DNA of 64,000 bases from NCBI GenBank assembly GCA_000004985.1, contig GG738847.1, one strand, 5' to 3'. The position numbers and the translations under genes were made by a program. The notes beneath the pieces are model-generated. The model worked only from the letters and a program-made list of their open reading frames with translations. It ran no database searches and was not told where the DNA came from. Within the stretch, counting starts at the first letter, position 1. The number at the start of each line of letters is the position of its first letter. The DNA comes from Naegleria gruberi. Its lineage: Eukaryota. Shown here piece by piece: positions 57,272 to 64,000 of this stretch.

Positions 57272-58810
57272 ATGAGTGATTTTCATGCAAGAAACTATCA
57301 GATAGTATTTGAAGAGGCAATAAAATGTGCCCAGTTTCGAATAGTTTTTCAAAGCTTTTTAGAAAGACATCATAATCAAGAATCTATTCTATTTATTAAC
57401 AAGGTGATTGAATATACTGAAGAATATAAGAAAGTTGTTGGTCTTCCTTTCGAATACGAAACATTCTCGTTAATGTTGAGAGGAAACAATCATCAAGCTG
57501 ACATTCGTATTTCTTCAGCATCATCAAATAGACGAAATACATTAAAACTTTCTAGAAGAAGCTTGCAGAATTTACACGACAAGATGAATTCTATTGTCGA
57601 AACCTTTCTTAGAAATGATGGAGAAAGTGAACTAAACATTGGTCCACTTCAAAAGTCATCTATAGAACTCTGGCAACAAACAAGTCAAAAATTAAGTAGG
57701 GAAGAACAAGATGATGCATGTAGTGAAGGTTCGTCAGGCTCTAGCTCTTCAAATTCTTCATCACTCAGCTATTCGAAACCAAGTTTAGAAAGTCTAATTG
57801 AGGAATTTCATCCTGGGTATTTATTAGGATCTATTTCATTGTTAATTTTGGTAGATTTGAGTTTGGGACACTTTATCAAGTTTTCCCGATCGGAAGAATT
57901 ATTGCACTTCCTTAACAAGATGGGAATGAGCTATACGAGAAAGATTGGAATTGACATTTCGAAAGGATACAAGGTAGATTTGAGATTTAAACCCAATGAT
58001 TTAAAGACACCTGTTATAACGGATGAGCATATTTATTTTGGATTGACATTAGCTCAGGATACACCCGACTGGAAGATTGTTCATGAGAAGAAGAATTTGA
58101 CCGTTAGTACTTCTAGAACATCGTACGTGTTTAATTCCAAGCAAATGAAAGGATTTAAACTTTGTAAATTATCAATTGATCTGCCGTATAGTTTGGAAGA
58201 TGTTTGGGGAATGTGGACCCATCAGAAGAATCATCTCTATTTCGAACCAATGTTTTGTAATAATTTGAATTATCTGAATTATATTGAACCGAATGAGAGC
58301 TTTCATGGAACAACTTGTCCCTATGCTGTAAAGATTATGACCACGGCTTTTGATACCAAGATTCCACTCCTAAAGAAGAGATATGTGGAGACAGTTACAA
58401 CATGTGTAAAAGATAGTGCAATCGATCTTTACATGTTTGTTTTACATACAGCTGATCTTCCTAGTGGAGTTGCAACAATGCCGTCCAATTCTTTAGCAAT
58501 TGAAGGATTGTGTTATTATATAATGATGAGAGTGAATGAGAAGACGACGAGATTTTTGAATATAATGTACTCTGATTTTCAATTACCTTTGCAAAATATG
58601 ACCATTGGGCAAGTATTTAAACAGAGAGGTAAAACCATGTTGAATGGATTGAATTCAATATTACACAAATTGACTGATGGAAGGAAGAATCCTGTTGATA
58701 CCTTAGAAAATGAAGATACAGCTGAAGCTCAACGTTGTGTTGATGATAACATGAAATCTTTCCCAGATAGATCTTGGTATATGGAATGGAAGGGGTTGCA
58801 AAAGAAATAA
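57272..58810 (+). CDS. RGS-domain protein with an N-terminal RGS-like box, a Ser-rich linker and a C-terminal roughly 300-aa globular domain, possibly a lipid-binding or START-like fold.
   Basis: N-terminal ARNYQIVFEEAIKCAQFRIVFQSFLERHHNQESILFINKVIEY resembles RGS helices. The C-terminal domain assignment is speculative. Confidence 0.45.
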   Translation: MSDFHARNYQIVFEEAIKCAQFRIVFQSFLERHHNQESILFINKVIEYTEEYKKVVGLPFEYETFSLMLRGNNHQADIRISSASSNRRNTLKLSRRSLQNLHDKMNSIVETFLRNDGESELNIGPLQKSSIELWQQTSQKLSREEQDDACSEGSSGSSSSNSSSLSYSKPSLESLIEEFHPGYLLGSISLLILVDLSLGHFIKFSRSEELLHFLNKMGMSYTRKIGIDISKGYKVDLRFKPNDLKTPVITDEHIYFGLTLAQDTPDWKIVHEKKNLTVSTSRTSYVFNSKQMKGFKLCKLSIDLPYSLEDVWGMWTHQKNHLYFEPMFCNNLNYLNYIEPNESFHGTTCPYAVKIMTTAFDTKIPLLKKRYVETVTTCVKDSAIDLYMFVLHTADLPSGVATMPSNSLAIEGLCYYIMMRVNEKTTRFLNIMYSDFQLPLQNMTIGQVFKQRGKTMLNGLNSILHKLTDGRKNPVDTLENEDTAEAQRCVDDNMKSFPDRSWYMEWKGLQKK

Positions 58811-58832
58811 ATCATTTTTGAAATTAGATTTA

Positions 58833-61188
58833 TTACTTTGATGCTGTCACATTCTTCTCAGCTTTACCGATTTCGACCTTTCTGGCTCTTTGGGCAAAAC
58901 CAAGAGAACACAGAGTTTCTGGACAACTCTCTGAAGTTGGACTTACATTTACAAACATCAAAATCTTAGAGTTACCTCCCAAAGAGTCTTGTAAAAGTGA
59001 GGTGAGTTTTGAATTTCTAAATGGAATGTGACTCTTCTTAGTTGCCAAGGCAGAAATAACTTCTCCGAGAGAACTCAAACTAGAGTTAATACTTTGAGCT
59101 TCTTTCAGTCTGTCACCCTTAACATCGGTTCTCTTTAATCTTTCGCTACCTGCCAAATCGATCAAGTGAAGCTTGCCTGATACCTTTTGGTTTGTGTACG
59201 TATTGATACCTTCAGTAAAAACACTGACAATACAGTGAGATCTAGAACTGTGTGCGTTGATGTTATTGTTTCCGACTGCTCTATTATCGTAGCCTTGTGA
59301 AAGGACTCTCCTCACATCATCTGATGAGCTCACCTTATACTTGGTCAGGCCTGGAATGGCTACCTTATTACTCAACATGATATCAAGTTTGGTCTTTTCC
59401 TTGCTTAATAAATCAAAGAGTGTTTCATTATAAATTTCCATAACAGCAACTTCAACCTCGTAATTATATTCGCCTTTTCTTTCCTTAACCATTGCGAAAA
59501 GCTCGTCTAGAGTTCTATAATTTACACCACGGTTGGATGGTGATCCTTCCATAGTATAGGTCTTACCAGAACCTGTTTGACCGTAAGCAAAAATACATAC
59601 ATTATAACCGTCCAGAATAGATGTTGCCAGTGGTTTGACATCTTCGAAAACTTGTTCTTGTGTTGAGTTGATTCCAAAAACGTTATCAAACTCAAACTTT
59701 TGAATCTTTTTACCCTCCTTATCAGAAACTTTGATTTCTCTCTCATCTACAGTATCAATACAAGTTTCTGGATTTTGACCGTCCTGCTCTGGAATTATTG
59801 GTCTAATTCTTAAGTTGACTCTAATATTTCCCTTCAGGTCTTGTAACTGGTTGTATAAAACTCTTCTTTCCTTAACTTCCTTCTTGTACTGGTCTTCCAG
59901 ATCTTTATAACCATCTAAAAGTTTCTTCATAGCCTTAGAAGAAATGAGTTGAACAGCATTCAGGAATTCTTTTTGCATATCTTGAGCTTCCTTCTTAAGG
60001 AACCCATTTTCGAACTTGATTGCTTGAACTTGTTTCTTCATTCTAATTACCTTGGTACTCATGTGTTTAATTGATCCGTCTTTCTGTTCCTTCAGTCTTT
60101 GAGAAAGATCCCTAACATCAGTATTGTATTTTTGTTTGACATCTGTCAGAGATTTGTCAAGAGTAACAACTTGCCCTTCGAGTTGAGTATTCTTTTGCTT
60201 CAACTTTTCAATGGTTTTTTGCATATCAGTTGTTGCTGTTGAGTTGGAAGAAGACTTTTCAGCTGCTTGTTTGATCTTCGTTTCGTATTCCTTTTCCATT
60301 TCCTTTTGCTTCTTTTCAAAATCAGCTTGTTGCTTCTGCATCAATTGTTGAACTTCTTGGTTTGAAAGACCAGGCGAGCCTCTTGGTGTTGTTCTTGGAG
60401 TGGTCGATTTCTCTTCACCTCCCTTAGATGCCTCTGTCTTGGTTTTTAAGAGTTCTTCCTTGAGTTTTTTGATTTCTTCCATTTGCTTTTGTTTTATCAT
60501 TTGATCTTCCATTTGTTTTTGCAATGCTTCTTGGAGATCCTTCTTCTTCTTTTCATAGGCCTCTTCAGTAACAAACTTACCACCAGCAGGCATGGCAGTT
60601 GTAATGGTTTGATTTGTGGCTACTGGTTGAGGTGAATTTGATGAACTAGGTTGAGTTTTAGTGACCATTGGACTGGGTTTCTTTTCTGGAACAATGTCAT
60701 CATCGGATTCAATTTCTTCATCTTCATCAGACATTAATTCATCCCAATCTACAGTTCCTAAGCCCAATTGGCTGGCTATTTCTTTTCTTTTTTGGAGTTG
60801 AGGATCAACAGTTTTAGTGTTTGTCTTTTTTGGATCGAATGTGACAGGCTTATTGAATGTTTTTTCTCTTCTTCTCGGGCTTTCCTCAACCATATCTTGC
60901 TAAACATTTAAAAATTAAATCCAAGAATAATCATTAGATACATTCTAAGGAAGATACTATAACACATACCACTCTTCTTACATAATTAGCAGGAAATAAC
61001 CCTACTTCTCCATTAGCTTTTTCTCCAATCCACCAATCACTCTTGTGTGTTTCAATCACTTTAATTTTTTCATATTGTGATAGAGTGAGATGTTGTTTAT
61101 CCGATGGAAAGAATGGATAGAGGACCTCAACAATGAACATTGCTGGACGTCCCGACATGGTCGTATTGCTCGTCTCCGTTGTACTCAT
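58833..61188 (-). CDS. Kinesin-14 (Kar3/Ncd/KIFC family) C-terminal motor with a coiled-coil stalk; predicted N-terminal SH3-domain exon: complement(join(58833..60899,60970..61188)), intron 60900..60969 (70 nt, GTATGT...GTTTAG).
   Basis: Kinesin-14 neck and motor motifs are present (LKGNIRVNLRIRP, FAYGQTGSGKTYTM, SSRSH, DLAGSE). The upstream ORF 60934..61188 encodes an SH3 domain (VLYPFF...SDWWIGE...GLFPANYV). A GTATGT donor lies just past the ANYVRRV of the SH3 ORF and the acceptor sits exactly at the first codon after the in-frame stop. The fusion is inferred, not proven. Confidence 0.75.
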
Positions 61189-61573
61189 ATTATAATACTA
61201 TCCCTTATTCAAAAATGTTGTTGCTTTGATACTATATTGTTGTTCTTGTTGTTGTAATTATATATGTAGGTGGAAATATCTCCTCAAATACAGCAATGAT
61301 GACGTCGACGACTTTTTTCTTGGAACGTCGTAACGTACAATTTGATTTCTTTTTTTTTGGTGGTTTAAGGCGCATTCAAGGCGCAGTTGATGCTCTGAAA
61401 ATCTGTTACATAATTTTGGAGGGAAAAAAGACTTTCCATGATTTCCTTTCAAGAAAGTGTCTTTCGAATGCTTTATGTTTCTCTAATGTTTTTGAAATGG
61501 TTTTGTAATGGCTTTCAAACTACAATTGATTGATGTGAGTTGATTTAATGAGAAATTGTAATTACATGTAAAT

Positions 61574-62881
61574 TCAGAAGAGTGGAGCAACCTTAGAATT
61601 CCATTCATCATTCCATCGGTGGGATTGGAAGTTTTGTTTGAGATGGTTTCTCATGGATTTCAATTTGGAGGAGCCCTCTGGTGAGATGAGTAATTCTTCC
61701 AAGTACTTGGTAAGGTTAGTACTACTGTCAAAGATGTAGCCATTCTCGTCATGTTTGACCAACTCTGGTAATGTCAGATATTTAATAGCACATACTGGAA
61801 GACCACTGCCAAACATGTCGACGACCTTCATTGGAAGATCCAATCCAGAGCTAGAATAGTGGAGACAAACACCAACATCGCTAGATGCCAACAGTTTGGA
61901 ATAATCAGCATAGGACAGGAAGTAAGTTTGAACTCTACAATATTTGAGATTGAGGGAGGCAATCTTTTTGAGATAATACTCCTTTTGAGGCCCTTTACCA
62001 GTAATGATAAATTCCAAATAAATAGAAGGTGAAATACTTTCCAATTTCTTTTCAAGTTCCATAATTGAGGAAAGGAGAATGCTAAAATCCTCATCTTCAG
62101 TCCAACTGGTAGAACTGACAACAAGCTTGAAATTTCTTGAAGTATCAATAGAAAGAACATCCTTGAAAAGTGTATTTCTCTCAGAGTCAGAAAGATTGGA
62201 ACCAAACATTTCTGGTGGTCTGTCATACATTACAGTAACTTTGGATTCACTAATACCCAATCTTTGACACAAATCCTTTTTCAAATGCTCAGAAACACAC
62301 AAGTGATGGGTGGCACAATTCTTAACAAAATTAAATTCTAAAAATGTAGCAAAATTAATCAAATGTTTGTTCTTTCTTGTGAGTGCCAAAATTGAAAATC
62401 CATAATTGTGCCAATCAATAATGTATTCATCCAATTTAATAAGATGTAACTTTTGTAATATCCAAAATAAGAATAAATTTGGGATAGCAGGAGGATTTTG
62501 AGTCAACAAAACCTTCTTACATGAAGAATTTCCAAATGGATTCCTATTAATAATATAACATAATTGAATAGTCATGATTAAAAATTGCAATAAAACCTTC
62601 ACTGGTGCAAAAAGTAAAAACATGGTAAAGTGCAACCTCATCAAATAATTAACCCAATTCCACCACTTTGATGCCAATGGATTAATTTTAATATTCTTTT
62701 GTTTCATGACTTGATCGTGAGGATCGGAATCGTATAATCCAACAAAATCCACATGATGATTTTCTGGGTTCATCCTAGCAAGAGATAGTGAATGGTATTG
62801 CATACGAGGACTGTGTCCCATATCACCTAGAACAAACACAACAAAATGCTTTTTATCGCCAGCATAAACCTGTTTTTTCAT
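61574..62881 (-). CDS. ALG1: Chitobiosyldiphosphodolichol beta-mannosyltransferase ALG1 (GT33), 435 aa. True ATG at 62881..62879.
   Basis: N-terminal VVFVLGDMGHSPRMQYHSLSLA matches the conserved ALG1 start. A C-terminal GT-B-like region has a GSSGLDLPMKVVDMFGSGLPV motif. The track start at 62920 is GTG. Confidence 0.85.
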   Translation of the reverse strand: MKKQVYAGDKKHFVVFVLGDMGHSPRMQYHSLSLARMNPENHHVDFVGLYDSDPHDQVMKQKNIKINPLASKWWNWVNYLMRLHFTMFLLFAPVKVLLQFLIMTIQLCYIINRNPFGNSSCKKVLLTQNPPAIPNLFLFWILQKLHLIKLDEYIIDWHNYGFSILALTRKNKHLINFATFLEFNFVKNCATHHLCVSEHLKKDLCQRLGISESKVTVMYDRPPEMFGSNLSDSERNTLFKDVLSIDTSRNFKLVVSSTSWTEDEDFSILLSSIMELEKKLESISPSIYLEFIITGKGPQKEYYLKKIASLNLKYCRVQTYFLSYADYSKLLASSDVGVCLHYSSSGLDLPMKVVDMFGSGLPVCAIKYLTLPELVKHDENGYIFDSSTNLTKYLEELLISPEGSSKLKSMRNHLKQNFQSHRWNDEWNSKVAPLF

Positions 62882-63008
62882 TTTTTTTAAATTTTTTAAT
62901 GTTTTTAAGTGGTAAACCACACCGAAGAAAGGTACCTCTAATCTGGCGCCTTACTATTTAGTAAATGCACGGTGAAACATATAGCTACTCTTATTATCGT
63001 CAATGTGA

Positions 63009-63081
63009 TCCCCCTTAGCTCAGTCGGTAGAGCGTCAGACTGTTAATCTGCAGGTCGGTGGTTCGAGCCCACCAGGGGGAG
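63009..63081 (+). tRNA. tRNA-Asn (anticodon GUU), 73 nt, no intron.
   Basis: Hand-folded cloverleaf. The acceptor pairs UCCCCCU with AGGGGGA. The D arm GCUC/GAGC has the A box TAGCTCAGTCGG. The anticodon loop is CUGUUAA. The T arm GGUGG/CCACC carries the B box GGTTCGAGCCC. The discriminator is G73, as expected for Asn. There is a U1-A72 pair and one U27-C43 mismatch. Confidence 0.9.
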
Positions 63082-63086
63082 TCTAC

Positions 63087-63090
63087 TTTT
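63087..63090 (+). terminator. Pol III terminator T-run (TTTT) 6 nt downstream of the tRNA 3' end.
   Basis: Sequence gtctacTTTT immediately follows the discriminator base. Confidence 0.5.
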
Positions 63091-63288
63091 GGTTTTGTAA
63101 TCATCCATCCAAATTGCTTGTGTTGAAAATAACGGATTTAGTATGCTTTTGGATAATAAACTATTAAATATTCAATCAAATAACCGTACAACATAGGAAA
63201 ATCTACACTGAAGAGGCTTACTCCCTTAAGATTTAATTCCAATTAAATTTTTTAAATTTTAATTAAAATCAAAAAAAAGCAAAACAAC

Positions 63289-64000
63289 ATGCCGCCAAAG
63301 AGAAAGAGCAAGAGTGATGGAAAGGAGGAAACCAAAAAGACTAAAACATCATCATCAGCTTCTTCTTCCGTAACACAACAAGCTGTTGAATCATGGAAGA
63401 AGAAATCGTTAGAAGAATTTAAGATAATTCTGAAGGCTAATGATAATCGATCGGATGGTGCTGATGATGAATGGAAAATATATTATGAGACTAGAAAGAA
63501 GGCACAAACATTTCATAAGAAAATATTGGAGAATGATGAAAATTTGGGAATGGAAGAACTCATCATGGAAGAGATGAGAAAAGTTGTTCAAGCTAATACT
63601 AAGCTAACCGAGAAGGAAGAGTCTAAAGTTTTGAGCCAATTCCTCATTACACAGTTGGAGGCTTGTTTTGAGGATTCTGATTTGGATGATTTGAGAAGTT
63701 GTACTATTGGTGTCACTGCCTACTCTGATCATTCATATTCGAGTATTGAATTTGAATTTGAGTATCATTTCAGAGTTAGAGGTTATGGTATTGAATTCTT
63801 TAGATCATTCAAATATGCCACACATGACAAACCATCAACTAAAGCAAAGAAGACAGTTTGGTATTCTAATGGAGCTCCTTCTGAGTATGAGGAAGATAGA
63901 AAATTCAAATTAACACTTGGACAGCTTTTGAACATTAAGGAATTATTATTTAGTGAGACAATTTGTGAAAAACTTACAAATTATGAATTTGTGCAACTTA
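63289..64000 (+). CDS. 5' part of a protein-coding gene, open to the window end: MPPKRKSKSDGKEETKKTK...
   Basis: ATG at 63289 with Kozak-like aaaacaacATG and a basic N-terminus. The frame stays open for 237 codons to position 64000. Product not recognised. Confidence 0.5.
   Translation, partial: MPPKRKSKSDGKEETKKTKTSSSASSSVTQQAVESWKKKSLEEFKIILKANDNRSDGADDEWKIYYETRKKAQTFHKKILENDENLGMEELIMEEMRKVVQANTKLTEKEESKVLSQFLITQLEACFEDSDLDDLRSCTIGVTAYSDHSYSSIEFEFEYHFRVRGYGIEFFRSFKYATHDKPSTKAKKTVWYSNGAPSEYEEDRKFKLTLGQLLNIKELLFSETICEKLTNYEFVQL

Noticed and set aside
1-64000. Search for prokaryotic-style defence or novel operonic systems (CRISPR arrays, RM, toxin-antitoxin, phage islands).
   Set aside because: The window is spliced eukaryotic nuclear DNA. 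There are no direct-repeat or spacer arrays, no operon-like co-directional short-spaced prokaryotic genes and no prokaryotic signature proteins. The features named in the prompt's hint are not present.
1-64000. Transposons, LTRs and inverted terminal repeats.
   Set aside because: No reverse transcriptase, integrase or transposase-like ORFs and no long terminal or inverted repeats were noticed by eye. This cannot be excluded without a computational repeat search.

Overview
This 64-kb window is eukaryotic nuclear DNA from an AT-rich (~68-70% AT), very gene-dense genome, about one gene per 1.7 kb, with roughly 40 protein-coding genes on both strands and one tRNA gene. It is not a prokaryotic locus. 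Spliceosomal introns are short, mostly 34-87 nt with GTAAGT, GTATGT or GTTTGT donors and AG acceptors; one is 202 nt. Coding regions carry Asn/Gln/Ser/Thr low-complexity tracts. Intergenic spacers run from about 0 to 470 bp, and some convergent genes have abutting or overlapping stop codons. The six-frame track uses alternative start codons (GTG/TTG), so several track start coordinates are not the real ATG. Recognisable genes are an MSH6 mismatch-repair ATPase (3 exons, N-terminal PIP-like motif), FANCL E3 ligase, kinesin-14 motor, proteasome beta4 (PRE1/PSMB2), eIF3m, CWC15, eIF1A, a GST, ALG1 mannosyltransferase, a TRM2/TRMT2A-like tRNA methyltransferase, HGSNAT, PAAF1, an ataxin-2/Pbp1 homolog (LSm + PAM2), a Groucho/TLE/Tup1-like WD40 protein, a PUF-repeat protein, an OTU deubiquitinase, an actin-related protein, a GNAT acetyltransferase, a signal-peptide 7TM-RGS receptor-like protein with a second RGS-domain gene beside it, and a tRNA-Asn(GUU) gene. 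I found no CRISPR arrays, prokaryotic defence systems, transposons or rRNA. The organism cannot be assigned from sequence alone. FANCL, HGSNAT, PAAF1 and a 7TM-RGS protein occurring together with introns argue against budding or fission yeast and fit an amoebozoan-like or other early-branching AT-rich eukaryote. The most unusual observations are (i) an SH3-domain exon predicted to splice in frame onto the kinesin-14 gene, (ii) two same-strand gene pairs separated only by an in-frame TAA-AAA-ATG, (iii) convergent genes with abutting or overlapping stop codons, (iv) very short or missing first coding exons in several genes, and (v) a tandem RGS locus containing a 7TM-RGS. All exon boundaries were derived by eye from the sequence plus protein homology recalled from memory, and they need transcript evidence.
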